Shown piece after piece: positions 48,196 through 59,562 of a stretch of 64,000 bases of DNA. Source of the stretch: Ascoidea asiatica JCM 7603 (Eukaryota; Fungi; Ascomycota); assembly GCA_001600695.1 (NCBI GenBank), contig BCKQ01000002.1, forward strand, positions 191,623 to 255,622, in the 5' to 3' direction. Position numbers and translations under genes: made by a program. The notes beneath the pieces were generated by a model. The model did no database searches, had not been told where the DNA came from, and saw only the letters and a program-made list of their open reading frames with translations. Every line of letters starts with the position of its first letter. Position 1 is the stretch's first letter.

Positions 48196-49770
48196 ATGTC
48201 TCAATCACAGGGTTGCTTTTACATGTCTTCGACATCAGAAGCTATTCAAATTTCTTTGAAAGGCAATAAGACACTTGTTGTATTTGTAACCAATGATAGT
48301 TCAAGTTCAAATCATTGGGGTGACAGTTTATTAATTCAAAATGAGTCCTCAGCTGTAGAAAACAAGAACATTCAAAAGGATGATAAGTTAATATATAGTA
48401 CTTTTGTTAATCATTCAATTTTTTTGAAATTAATTGAAAATTCAATTGATTTCAAACATTTTAATCAAATTTTTAAAGATATTAAAATTCCTTCAATATA
48501 TTTAATTCAAAAAGGAAAAATTTTACATATATTTCAAGATCTGAATTTGAAGAAAAAAGAATTTAATGCAGAATTGGTTTCTCTTTTTAATATTAAATTA
48601 CCCATAACTTCAAATAATATGCAGTTAAAAGATGTAAAAAAGGAAGAAAATGAAGTTAATAAATATAGAAAAATAGTTTTAAAACATAAAAAAGAGGAAG
48701 AGGAAGAAAAGGCTAGAATTTTAAGATTATTAAAAGCAGATCAAAAGGAGAGAAGATTATCGAGAAGTTCTAATCATTCTCCAACAATTGATTCAAAATC
48801 TAACAACTCAATAAATAACAAAAATACTAGAAGTAATAGTTTAAATCACTTTTCTAGTAAAAATGAATGTTATTTATCAATAAAATTATTCAATGGTCAT
48901 ACTATAAAACATGAATTCAAAAGTAATCAGACTTTAATGGATGTTAGAAACTGGATTGATAATTATAGTGGCAATGAAAATGGTGATAATAATGACAATT
49001 ATAATACTAACAGTGATTATAATGTTAATAATAGCAATAAAACTAATAATAATATACCCTACAATTTTTATAAAAATTTGGAAAGAAAAACATTTTCTGT
49101 AACGGAAGAGAATTCGAGTTTAAAAGAGCTTGATTTATTGCCAAGATCAGTACTTATTTTAAAACCAATAACTAAAAAATATTCATCAGCCTATCCAGAT
49201 AATAATAATAATATTAATAATAATTTTAATAGGGGTGGAATATTTGGAAAAATTAGTAATTTAGTTTATTCATTTCTTGGATATAATATTAATGAAGAAA
49301 ATTATAACAATAATGGTAATGGAAACGAAGAAAATATTATTCCAAATGATGAGAATAAACATAAAGAAAATAATGACTATAATGAGCAGTCTAAAAATAA
49401 AGAAAACTTCGGGAATAATAGAAATAACAATACTATAATGGATTCTAGTGCAGATTATGCTAATGAAAATATGTCTTTTAGTAATAACTTAAATATGGTA
49501 AATGACGATAATAAGAATATTAAAATGAATAAGAATAAGAGTCAAGAAGCAATTTCATTTCACGGAAATTTATCTCAATCATCATTATTTTCAATCAGTA
49601 ATTCAACAGAGGGTTTGAAAACCATTCATTCCAATAACTCCAATAATAAAAACGATAATTGTAACTCCAAAATATCCCAGGACTTAATGAATAAAAATTT
49701 GAAAAAAAAAAAAAATGAAAGATTGACATATAATGGGAATTATTCTAATCTTGAAGACGATAAAAAATAA
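48196..49770 (+). CDS. UBX7: UBX-domain Cdc48 cofactor (Ubx6/Ubx7 type)
   Basis: EKARILRLLKADQKER, CYLSIKLFNGHTIKHEF...TLMDVRNWID, SLKELDLLPRSVLILKP, C-terminal TYNGN. Confidence 0.8.
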   Translation: MSQSQGCFYMSSTSEAIQISLKGNKTLVVFVTNDSSSSNHWGDSLLIQNESSAVENKNIQKDDKLIYSTFVNHSIFLKLIENSIDFKHFNQIFKDIKIPSIYLIQKGKILHIFQDLNLKKKEFNAELVSLFNIKLPITSNNMQLKDVKKEENEVNKYRKIVLKHKKEEEEEKARILRLLKADQKERRLSRSSNHSPTIDSKSNNSINNKNTRSNSLNHFSSKNECYLSIKLFNGHTIKHEFKSNQTLMDVRNWIDNYSGNENGDNNDNYNTNSDYNVNNSNKTNNNIPYNFYKNLERKTFSVTEENSSLKELDLLPRSVLILKPITKKYSSAYPDNNNNINNNFNRGGIFGKISNLVYSFLGYNINEENYNNNGNGNEENIIPNDENKHKENNDYNEQSKNKENFGNNRNNNTIMDSSADYANENMSFSNNLNMVNDDNKNIKMNKNKSQEAISFHGNLSQSSLFSISNSTEGLKTIHSNNSNNKNDNCNSKISQDLMNKNLKKKKNERLTYNGNYSNLEDDKK

Positions 49771-51339
49771 TCTAATGGTCTCCAGCTGTTCTTAAATATT
49801 ATGAGAAGGTTGTACTTCTTTCGTTTTCTTTTATATATTTCAATTAACTAAAATAAATTATCTTACGTTATTACCAATTTGTAAGTCTGTAGATACAGTA
49901 CAATAAAAAAAAAATATCAATTTCCGAGGGTTCTTTATTAAACTTACACGTGATTGTATATTTGGAAATACGGTTAAGTTACTAAGGAAACGCTGGCTGG
50001 AAGAAGTTAGGCAGAAAATGGGAAATTGGAAATTGGAAGAAGGAAAAAGAAATTGGGGGAAAATGTGGAGATAGAGAAAAAACATAATACACCGCAGAAT
50101 GAAATAACGTTATTGCTGAATTCTATTTCTCACGCTCACGTTGACTTATCCAAAACGGTAATCTTAAATGCGCAAATTGCGTGGATTGTGTAAGTGGTTA
50201 TGTCAGTAGGCATCAGCCGGATGATAAAATATATTCCTTTAAGAAATTTGTGCAGAATCAAATTTTTAAGATAAATCGACCCACTAAAATCAGCCATTTG
50301 AAAAAAAATGTACTACCCTCGCGCACAACAAACGACAATCATTCACATATCGAATATACCCTTATTGTGCTTTTGCGCTGCTAAGAGCTTTGACTTCTAA
50401 GAGCTTACCTAACTTTATTCTGGCTTGGATCAGTAGATCAAGAGTCAGTACTGATAGTACAGTGATCCCGAAAGTTCTTTTCGAAACATATGAGGGTATA
50501 ACATATCTGATAACCATAAGCTTCATGATACTCTGCTCCTATTGGAATATTCGCTAATTACTGTGAGTGAAAATTGACCTGCAATTTGTGGAACGTCCAA
50601 ATCTTGCAAAATTTTTTGAAAGCTGGTCCAGTAAAATCTCTGAGTACCAATAAGGTTACTTATAATATTTATTGATCTTCAGAAAAGAGGAACAATACAA
50701 GAATAAGTCACTCTTTAACATCCAACCACCAGTTTGTATTTTTCTTGGTTAAGCTCCGTTAAAATTAAAAACTGCACACGGCAGCATTATGTGGTACACC
50801 CAATCCGTTTATTGTTTAAAAGGCATATTCATGCATTGAAACTGGAAAAAAATGGCACCAACATTGCGCTGCGCTGAGGTTAACTTTTGCGCTCAAATTA
50901 CATTATGTGAATTTATTAGCTTAAGCTATCAAAAAAAATAATCATTTTTTGAGATTTATAAACTCTTACAGTCCAGTTTAACTCAATTAATTCAGTTTGA
51001 TTTAATTCAATTTCAATTTATTATTGTTCAAAAATATTGTTCAATTGTATCATTTATTATTGTCATTCAAACCAATAAATTAATATTTTAATTTCATTGA
51101 ATTCTAATAAGTTTCTTCTGGAATCAATTTAAATATAAATTTTATTTCTCTTAATCCATTATTTTTTTTGCTATATATCTTTTACATCTTCAATTATAAA
51201 CCTCTTGTTCTAGGCTTAATTCATTTTTTAATTTTTCTCAAAGTTCGTCTATTCAAAACTCAACGACTATAAATATTCTTCAATAGAAAACAATTAAAAG
51301 TAAATCATCTAATTGTTCATATACATACTATATATTAAT

Positions 51340-54333
51340 ATGAATATAAATTATACTCCATCAAATTTTAAAAATAATTTGGATGCAAGTTTTTACTTGA
51401 ATTCTTCTCAAGATATTACCAACAACAATAGATATGATATCACTAAAACCCCATATCAATATCAAAATTCCAACTTAAACAATTTTCAGTTCCAAACTCA
51501 ATTACCAAACCAATTGCCAATTCATTTTTATAATCAATTTCAAAATCAAGCTTCGATTCCATTCTCAAATAAATTACCAAATCAATTATTCAACCCATTT
51601 CAAAATCAATTCCAGTTACCTTTTAAATCACAAGATCAAAATCAAAATCAAAATCAGTCACCCAACTCTTATTTTAATCGAAATTCTAATTTATGTTCAA
51701 ATGCAAAATCAAATTTTATAAATATTAATCAAAATAACAATGCCCCTCCAATAAATATAAAAACGAATAATACTACTAATAGTAGTTTCAATACGAGCAC
51801 AAACATTAATTCAGCCACGAATTCAAATTGCAATGATAATTTCCCTATTACCTTTAGTAATAACTTTAATTCAAACATGGAGAATTGTAATTATAATAAT
51901 AACTCTAATTCTAATAAAAATCAAAACCAATTTCAAGCTAAAAATCAGAATCCAAATTCAAATTATAATCAATTGTTGCCTGATAAACTTCCTTCTAATA
52001 ATGACAATTCCTTAATAAATTCACCCAATATAGATGTCATTGATGGTAAAAGCACATTTGAAGTTTTGGAAAGTTTTGAAAATTTAGGAACAATAGAAAA
52101 AACAGAAGAATTAAATAATTTGGAAGTTTTAGGAGATTTAGAAAATATAGAAAATACACAAAATATTGAAGATTTTGCAGGCTTGGAAAACTCAAAGATT
52201 TTAAGGCCCTTTGAAAGTTCGGACGCTTTCAATTCTTTAAATTCTTTAAATTCTAACTTGTTATCCAATAACTCTCCTAGTCCAACTTCACTTTCCAATT
52301 CCTTTCTTACAAATAACTCAACTTCTCCGAAATCTTCAATCACTTTTGATTCTGAATTATCTTTAATAAATGATTCTCCTATTAATATAAATCTAAATTT
52401 CAATTCAAATTTAAATAAAAATTCTAAAAGTTTACCAAATAATGATTTACTAAATAGTCTCGATAATTTACAACTAAATTCCAATATGAGCGCCATTAAT
52501 CCTGCTAATTCAACAACTACAAATTCTGTAGCAGATATAGTAGACACTGTTACTAGTAATGCTATTAATTCAAATCATTCAAGTGATCTAATTTATATTA
52601 ATGATAATCCTAATATTGTAAACGCTTTGAAATTCACGAAAGATACTAATAATAGAACAATAAGCCCAAAAGTTTTAGGTGAGTCAACTTATCTTGATAA
52701 TTATAATTATTTAGAGGAAAGTGATAATATAACTTCTTTCAATGATTCTTTTGATGAACTTGATGAAAAGGAATTTGAAAATGAAAATGAGCATGAAATT
52801 GATATTTATAATACCAGTGATAGTTATAATGATAATGATATAAATTTTAATTATAAATTTGATTTCAAAAGTAATTCTGCCAACGGTTTCTCGAATATCA
52901 ATTCAATTTATAACAAAAATTCGATTGAGCATAGTCAAGATAAGATTTATTCTTCTGATCAAGAAAAGAGTAGTTCAAAAGTTCACAAAAGGTATCAGAA
53001 TTATCAACATTCACCAAAGTCAAAAACTTTATTTCTCCCATCGGTTTCTAATTCAAAAAAACATTCAAGAAAAAAGTCTTCTTTTTGGCTTAAAACTGAT
53101 GTTGATCAAGTTATTTCTGAATGGTATAAAGATCAAAATAATCAAGAACCTTTTGAGATTTTTGAACTTGATGATAAACATCATAAAAATGATCAAACTA
53201 ATAGTAAAAATTTAAATGAAAGTTCAGTTGAGGATAATAATATCAATTTACCTGATCTTAACTTTAGTACAAGTTTTTGTTTATCAAAATCTGATTTTGA
53301 TAATCATGATTTTGCAATCATTGATGATATTGAGGATGATTTAAACAATATTTCCAACGTCAATAAAGCAAGATTAGATAAAATCAATGAAAACTTTCCT
53401 ATTGATTCAATAAATAAAGAGGGTGAAACCACTGGTGAAAACGTTAAGATGAGAAAATTTTCAGATCAAAACTCGAATTTAAATATATTTTCTAACGGTA
53501 ATAGAAATAAGAACGAGGATGTGTATGATTCAGGGTTCAAAAGTAAGAATTGGAATGGTTCAAAAGTAATTTCAGAGAAAATTGAAAGGGCAATGGATAA
53601 AATTGAAAAGAAATCATGTCATTTTAAAGAAAGAAGAAATACAATTGTTTGTGGAACATCCGATTTAACCAACAATCTTTCTGAAATTCAACTGAAAAAT
53701 TTATGTAAAAAGAAAAAAGCAATTAGAAGAAGAAAAAGAACTAAATCAGAATCCAATATGAATAAAGCAGAATTGCTTTCTTCATTGTTTATGAAGAGAT
53801 CACTAAATAATCTAAAGCAGAAATCAAATTCAATTTTAACTGTGGATGAAATTGAAAAAAACCATTATAAATCTAAATCTGTTTCTGGATTGTGTTCTGT
53901 AGATTTAGAAGCAGTGAATTTAAATAATAATAAAAATCACATTATGAATGAAAGTATAAATAATGAGTATATTAATGCGAAAAAAGAAGTGGTTATAGAT
54001 GAACTGAAGAATTCCGATGAAAAGAATTATAAAGCAAATTGTAAGCTTAATGGAAGACATAATAATAATAATAATAATAATAATAGTAAGGTTAAGAATA
54101 TTGATATTAACAATATCAATATGATTTCTACCCAATCAAATAATCCAGAAAAACCATTTCAATGTATTTCATGTGAAAAGTCATTTAGAAGACAAGAGCA
54201 TTTAAAAAGGCATTTTAGATCTGTTCATTCAAATGAAAGACCATTTGAATGCTCATATTGTGATAAAAAGTTTAGTAGAAGTGATAATTTAGCTCAGCAC
54301 TTAAAGACGCATAGAAAGTCTTTTCAACTTTAG
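51340..54333 (+). CDS. STRE-binding-type C2H2 zinc-finger transcription factor (Msn2/Msn4/Com2-Mnl1 family)
   Basis: C-terminal [57 protein letters not shown]-like RKKSS/RRNT motifs, first ATG at 51340. Confidence 0.88.
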   Translation: MNINYTPSNFKNNLDASFYLNSSQDITNNNRYDITKTPYQYQNSNLNNFQFQTQLPNQLPIHFYNQFQNQASIPFSNKLPNQLFNPFQNQFQLPFKSQDQNQNQNQSPNSYFNRNSNLCSNAKSNFININQNNNAPPINIKTNNTTNSSFNTSTNINSATNSNCNDNFPITFSNNFNSNMENCNYNNNSNSNKNQNQFQAKNQNPNSNYNQLLPDKLPSNNDNSLINSPNIDVIDGKSTFEVLESFENLGTIEKTEELNNLEVLGDLENIENTQNIEDFAGLENSKILRPFESSDAFNSLNSLNSNLLSNNSPSPTSLSNSFLTNNSTSPKSSITFDSELSLINDSPININLNFNSNLNKNSKSLPNNDLLNSLDNLQLNSNMSAINPANSTTTNSVADIVDTVTSNAINSNHSSDLIYINDNPNIVNALKFTKDTNNRTISPKVLGESTYLDNYNYLEESDNITSFNDSFDELDEKEFENENEHEIDIYNTSDSYNDNDINFNYKFDFKSNSANGFSNINSIYNKNSIEHSQDKIYSSDQEKSSSKVHKRYQNYQHSPKSKTLFLPSVSNSKKHSRKKSSFWLKTDVDQVISEWYKDQNNQEPFEIFELDDKHHKNDQTNSKNLNESSVEDNNINLPDLNFSTSFCLSKSDFDNHDFAIIDDIEDDLNNISNVNKARLDKINENFPIDSINKEGETTGENVKMRKFSDQNSNLNIFSNGNRNKNEDVYDSGFKSKNWNGSKVISEKIERAMDKIEKKSCHFKERRNTIVCGTSDLTNNLSEIQLKNLCKKKKAIRRRKRTKSESNMNKAELLSSLFMKRSLNNLKQKSNSILTVDEIEKNHYKSKSVSGLCSVDLEAVNLNNNKNHIMNESINNEYINAKKEVVIDELKNSDEKNYKANCKLNGRHNNNNNNNNSKVKNIDINNINMISTQSNNPEKPFQCISCEKSFRRQEHLKRHFRSVHSNERPFECSYCDKKFSRSDNLAQHLKTHRKSFQL

Positions 54334-54859
54334 TTTCTTTAAATAATTTTTCATCTCAAAGCTATTAAAAAATAAGATTTATTGACTCAAAAAAAAGACT
54401 ATGTTGTTTACATTAGCTTGATAATATTTTTTCTTTTACAGTTTTCATTATTTTTGTTTCATAATGTGCAGAATGCTTTTCTGTGATTTATAGCGACTTT
54501 TGGACAGATAAATTATTGAAATCTAATAATTTTTCATCATTCTTTTTTTTTATTTTTTTTATTAATTTTTTTTTCTCTCATACTTTGGTTTCTTTTTGTT
54601 TCTTGGTTAATAGTTGTGTGTTCATTATTTTAAGTCTTATATTTTCGGGAATCTCTTTATATTTTTCCTTTTCTTTTTTTTTCATTCATTCAGTCCTATC
54701 TGTTTGGTCTTACGACTCTTAATTGTTATGTTATTATGAATTATGGATATTGATTTTCAGTAGGTCGAAGTGAATTAAATAACCTATTCACAAGATGAGA
54801 GAGAATATGGCTAGCGTACAATCATAACGACTTGAGTGCCATCCCTTATTACCCGGGGT

Positions 54860-54867
54860 TCGTTTAG
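54860..54867 (+). promoter_or_regulatory. Upc2-type sterol/anaerobic element TCGTTTAG upstream of ERG9
   Basis: Matches TCGTTYAG about 270 bp upstream of the ERG9 ATG (55132). Confidence 0.5.
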
Positions 54868-55131
54868 CCCGCAGTGTCTCGTACCGTTCTCGCGATCTCT
54901 TGTCCCCAGTTACAAACAGCCCGGTCGAGAGTGGGCGTGTTTTTCTTAAGTTCTGCCCTTAAATAAAACTGTAGACTGAAAAAGTCCATTTAAATAGAAT
55001 ACTTAATGCTGCCTTTTCTACTTTTCTTATTACCTTCAATATTTTAGATTTATTCTAGAGAATTATAAGTAATTATTTGATTAGTTCAAATCCTTGCTAT
55101 CTTTGCTACAATAATTTTCAATATAATCAAA

Positions 55132-56670
55132 ATGGGAAAATTAACAGCTTTGTTATTGCATCCAGTTGAATTGGTTTCTGTGATTCATTTGTATGTAAAA
55201 TGCGATCCTTGATTTTGATGTTCAAAATAGAATAGATTAATAGTTTTCTGTATACTAACTAAACAATTATCTTTATCATTACAATTACAATTCCTTTGTT
55301 TGGAATTACTTTTGCTAGCTTTCCTTTTTTTATTCTTCACCTACAGACTTTATTTCAGAAAATCTTTATTTCCAAGAGATGTTCCCAAAGAATCTGAATC
55401 TACAAAGCTTTGCTATAAATATTTAAAACAAACATCCAGGTCTTTTAGTGCTGTTATTATGGAATTGCATCCGGAATTAAGAGATGCTATTATGCTTTTT
55501 TATTTAATATTAAGAGCATTGGATACTATTGAAGATGATATGACTATTATTCCTTCAGAGAAAACTCCACTTTTGAGAACATTTTATTTAAAATTAGACT
55601 TAAAAGATTGGTCTTTTAATGGGAATTCATTAGATGAAAAAGACAGAATTGTTTTAGTTAATTTTGTGAATATTTTAAATTGTTTTCATAATTTAAAACC
55701 TGAATATCAAAATGTTATAAAAGATATAACAAAAAAAATGGGTAATGGTATGGCTGATTATATTTTAGACAAACAGTTCAATTTAAATGGTCTTGAAACT
55801 TTAAAAGATTATGACCTATATTGTCATTATGTTGCAGGTTTAGTAGGTGAAGGGTTAACAAACTTAATTGTTTTAGCTAAATTTTCAAATGAATCTCTCA
55901 ATACTAAAATGGATTTAGCTGAATCCATGGGTTTATTTTTACAGAAAACTAATATTATAAGAGATTTTGAAGAAGATTTAACTGATGGAAGATCTTTTTG
56001 GCCAAAAGAGATTTGGTTCAAATATACTAAAAATTTATCTGATTTCAAAAATCAAAAGAATTTAAAAGCTGCTTTACATTGTTCTTCAGATCTAGTTCTA
56101 AATTCTTTAAATCATGCAATTGATGTTTTAGATTATTTATCTTTAATTCAAGAACAAACAACTTTCAATTTTTGTGCAATTCCTCAAGTAATGGCCATTG
56201 CAACTTTAGACCTCATTTATCAAAATCCAAATATTTTCAAAAAAAATATAAAGATTAGAAGAGGAACAACTTGTTATCTTATCTTAAAATCTAGAACACT
56301 AAAAGGTGTGACTGAAATCTTTAGTTATTATGTTAGATCTATTCATCATAAGTCCAAACCGGAAGATCCAAATTACTTGGAAATTGGTATACTTTGCGGT
56401 AAAATAGAGCAATTCATTGAACAAATGTTACCATTGGATAACTTACCAAAACAATTACTTGATTCAGGTTTCGAACCTCCTCAAACTGAAATATCAAAAC
56501 AAGTTGAACAAAGATCTAAAAGTGATATAGCAATGTCAGAAATGATCAATAATGAAAAAAGTAAATTATATTTAACTCTACTTGCAGTCGCTATTGGATG
56601 TGCTGCTGTTTGTTCATTTGCAGTTTTTGGTGCTTTTAATAACATAAATATTTTTCACAATGAATTATAA
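55132..56670 (+). CDS. ERG9: Squalene synthase (exon 1 55132-55190, exon 2 55347-56670)
   Basis: Spliced N-terminus MGKLTALLLHPVELVSVIHLLYFRKSLFP fits yeast Erg9. Motifs TSRSF, LRALDTIEDD, YCHYVAGLVG, MGLFLQKTNIIRD, FCAIPQVMAIATL, C-terminal TM anchor. Confidence 0.96.
55191..55346 (+). other. Spliceosomal intron of ERG9 (156 nt)
   Basis: GTATGT at 55191, TACTAAC at 55253-55259, pyrimidine tract and CAG ending 55346. Removal restores the frame. Confidence 0.85.
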
Positions 56671-57339
56671 TCAAAGAATTGAAATTCACTGTTCACAGTT
56701 TTTGTTTATAGTTATGCTTTTTGTACTCTTATTTTTTACATATTCTAAATTTTTAAATTCGATATTATTTTAAGCCATTATTAAATTATTCAAATCTTTT
56801 CACGCTATAATATTAAACTAAAGCATAAGCCCTCTAAAAATGGTTGCCAGATTTTTTTTGGAGTTACTGTATATTCAATTTCCCAATTCTAAAATTACAA
56901 TATCTAATATCCTTAAGCAATAGACTGCATATCTTTTTTTTTCCATTAATTTTTGAAGATTTTGATCAAAAACTAAAATAATAGTTGAACCTGAGATACT
57001 TTATATTTCTCCCTTCATCCGTTCAAAAAACTAAAAAAATACTAGATAAGAAAATGCATAAAAAGTTTTTAAACAACCCATAAAACCAAGAAAAAAACCA
57101 AAATTTACTTTAACGTTTCGGAGTATTTAAATGAAATTGGCAATTCAAAAATAAAATGTATTAGGTATAAAATATAAAAGCAAATGAGAAAGCTTAATGA
57201 TGTTTAAATAAAATTAAAAAAAATACATATCAAATGCAAGGTTTGAGAATTGAAATAAACTTTTTAGTTAAGAGACAAGGAAATGTATTTGATAAAAAGA
57301 TGAATGCAAGGAGGATTGAGTGAATGAACACTAAAAAGC

Positions 57340-59562
57340 TTATAGGAATAAAATAGCGGCAATAAAAGGAAGTACACTACCAGCAACTTTAATGGCGGCA
57401 GCAGCACCTTCACTGACTGTATATGAAGCAGAAATAGAAGCTAAAGCTGTACGACCTTCAGAATCCTTAGATTTGGAACTTGTTGTTGAAGCTTCACTGG
57501 TAAGCTCAATGATGGTTCCACTACTATAAGAGTCAGTAGTTGAAGTTCCATTATTGTAACTAGCAGAAGAAGTAAAAACAGATGATTCCGGAGTATATTC
57601 AGCAATTGTACTTTGAGTTGAAGTTTCAGTAGAAACAAGAGGACAGTAAGTAGTATAAACAGTGACTTCACTGTTCTCATTTGTTGTGGTGCTATATTGA
57701 ACACCAGTTGTAACGGCAGTTGGAGAACAGGCATTGTTACTACAAGAGGTGATTGTAACAACAGCAGTACTTTCTGCTGTTTTAACAGATACAACAGTTG
57801 ATACAACCGGAGCATAAGTTTTGACAGCGGTTAATGGACAGTAGGTTGTATATTCAGTAGCAGTACCGTGAATGGTTTTAGTTAAAACAGTGACACCAGT
57901 AGTAACAGGGACAGTTGAACATGAATTCTTTCCACATGAAGTAACTGAGACAATGGTTGAAGAAGATGCTTTAACGGTTGACGTGGATAACAATGATGAT
58001 GGATAAGTAGCTTCTAAAGATTTTTTAGTTGTTGAAGAAACAGATGATTCAGTTGCAAATTCAGAAACAGTGCTTTGAGTGGATGTTTCAACAGCAGTTA
58101 ATGGACAATAGGTAGTGTAAACAGTAACTTCACTATTTTTGTTGGTTGCAGTGCTAACAATTACACCAGTTGTAACTGCAACAGAGGAGCAAGCATTATT
58201 TTTGCATGAGGTAATGGTTACAACAGCGGTACTTTCTGCTGTTTTTGTGGTTACAACTGTTGATATAATTGAAGCATATGTTTTAACTGCAGTTAATGGA
58301 CAATAAGTAGTATATTCAGTAGCAGTACCATGAATGGTTTTTGTTAAAACAGTGACACCAGTAGTTACAGGAACAGTTGAACAAGTATCTTTATTACATG
58401 AAGTGACTGAAACTATAGTAGAAGAAGCAGCCTTGACTGTTGTGGTTGATAATATTGATGCTGGGTAAGTTGCTTCTAATGACTTTTTGGTTGTAGAGGA
58501 AACTAACAAAACACCACTTGAGCCAGATGATAAAGCAAAAGTTGGTGTGGATGAAGCAAGAGAAGAAGTTGGAAATGAAATTACAGAAGATGAAGCAGGG
58601 AATACAGCTGATGATGAAATAATTGAAGCCTTGGAACTTTCAGATTCGACTGGTGACTTACCTTTTTTGGTGGTGCTTGATGCTACTGCTGATGAAACAA
58701 TTGAAGCTTTTGAGCTTTGGGTTTCAACTGGTGACTTACCTTTCTTAGTGGTACTTGATACAACTTTTGATGAATAAGGAATTGAGGATATTATGGCAGA
58801 TGATTTTAATTCACTAGATGTTGTTGCTGTTGAAGAAAGTGCTGATGCTGATTTAGAAACGCTAGATTCAACGGATGAAGTTACTGATTTTGATTTTGAT
58901 TTTGAAACAATACTTGATGATGATTCTGATGTTTGAGAGCTTTCTGTTGTTGGAGTAGCTTTAGCTGACGAGGCTTTGGAAGATACAGAAGATACAGATG
59001 CAGTAGAACTTGAACTGGAGCTAGAACTGGAACCAGAACATTTTGGAGTCCAACAATAATTAGAACTATCAGTTTGACCTTTATTACAACCAGTAATATA
59101 ATCATAAGAAGTCTCATAACTCCAACTAGAGCATTCACCGCTTTTAGAATTTTGACACCAATCAAATTGGATTTCAAATGATTTCATACAGACACTATCA
59201 TCATTTGTATCCACATTAACAGTAGCATCTACTGACCATTCTCCTGGGTTTGTTATATCGTAAACTTTTGAGTTATCAGAGTAAAGAACAATGGTACTTT
59301 GAGAACCAGATAAACCAATGACTTTTAATTCAGATAAAGCATCTGTTGTTAAGGTATCCGAGGCCTTGAAATTAATTGTGACTTTATAACTATCATCAGA
59401 AACAAAAGATACATCAGAAATTGATATATCGGCTGTTGGAAAACGGCTTGAATGACTTGTGAAATCATAATCTGCACATTCTTCAAAAACACTAGAACAT
59501 GAGGTACTAGCAGAAGCAGCTTTGGCTAAAACAAAGGCTGCAAAAAGGGTTGAATAAATCAT
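57340..59562 (-). CDS. GPI-anchored adhesin/flocculin with N-terminal Flo11 domain and Cys-containing flocculin type-3 repeats
   Basis: Signal peptide; Flo11-like YKVTINF...LSELKVIGL...LYS...CMKSFEIQFDWCQ...SYDYITGC; four TSCxxxxC...VTTGV...YTTYCPL repeats; hydrophobic GPI signal. Confidence 0.88.
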   Translation of the reverse strand: MIYSTLFAAFVLAKAASASTSCSSVFEECADYDFTSHSSRFPTADISISDVSFVSDDSYKVTINFKASDTLTTDALSELKVIGLSGSQSTIVLYSDNSKVYDITNPGEWSVDATVNVDTNDDSVCMKSFEIQFDWCQNSKSGECSSWSYETSYDYITGCNKGQTDSSNYCWTPKCSGSSSSSSSSSTASVSSVSSKASSAKATPTTESSQTSESSSSIVSKSKSKSVTSSVESSVSKSASALSSTATTSSELKSSAIISSIPYSSKVVSSTTKKGKSPVETQSSKASIVSSAVASSTTKKGKSPVESESSKASIISSSAVFPASSSVISFPTSSLASSTPTFALSSGSSGVLLVSSTTKKSLEATYPASILSTTTVKAASSTIVSVTSCNKDTCSTVPVTTGVTVLTKTIHGTATEYTTYCPLTAVKTYASIISTVVTTKTAESTAVVTITSCKNNACSSVAVTTGVIVSTATNKNSEVTVYTTYCPLTAVETSTQSTVSEFATESSVSSTTKKSLEATYPSSLLSTSTVKASSSTIVSVTSCGKNSCSTVPVTTGVTVLTKTIHGTATEYTTYCPLTAVKTYAPVVSTVVSVKTAESTAVVTITSCSNNACSPTAVTTGVQYSTTTNENSEVTVYTTYCPLVSTETSTQSTIAEYTPESSVFTSSASYNNGTSTTDSYSSGTIIELTSEASTTSSKSKDSEGRTALASISASYTVSEGAAAAIKVAGSVLPFIAAILFL
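57575..58495 (-). repeat. Intragenic tandem duplication, period 462 nt (154 aa)
   Basis: KKSLEATYP starts at 58488 and 58026. Each unit carries two Cys repeats. Synonymous divergence between the copies is visible. Confidence 0.85.

Noticed and set aside
55300-55346. Hydrophobic N-terminus MELLLLAFLFLFF of the tracked ERG9 ORF as a signal peptide
   Set aside because: It is the translated intron pyrimidine tract. The true start is ATG 55132.
18563-56670. ERG4 and ERG9 as a sterol gene cluster
   Set aside because: They are 35 kb apart and separated by many unrelated housekeeping genes.
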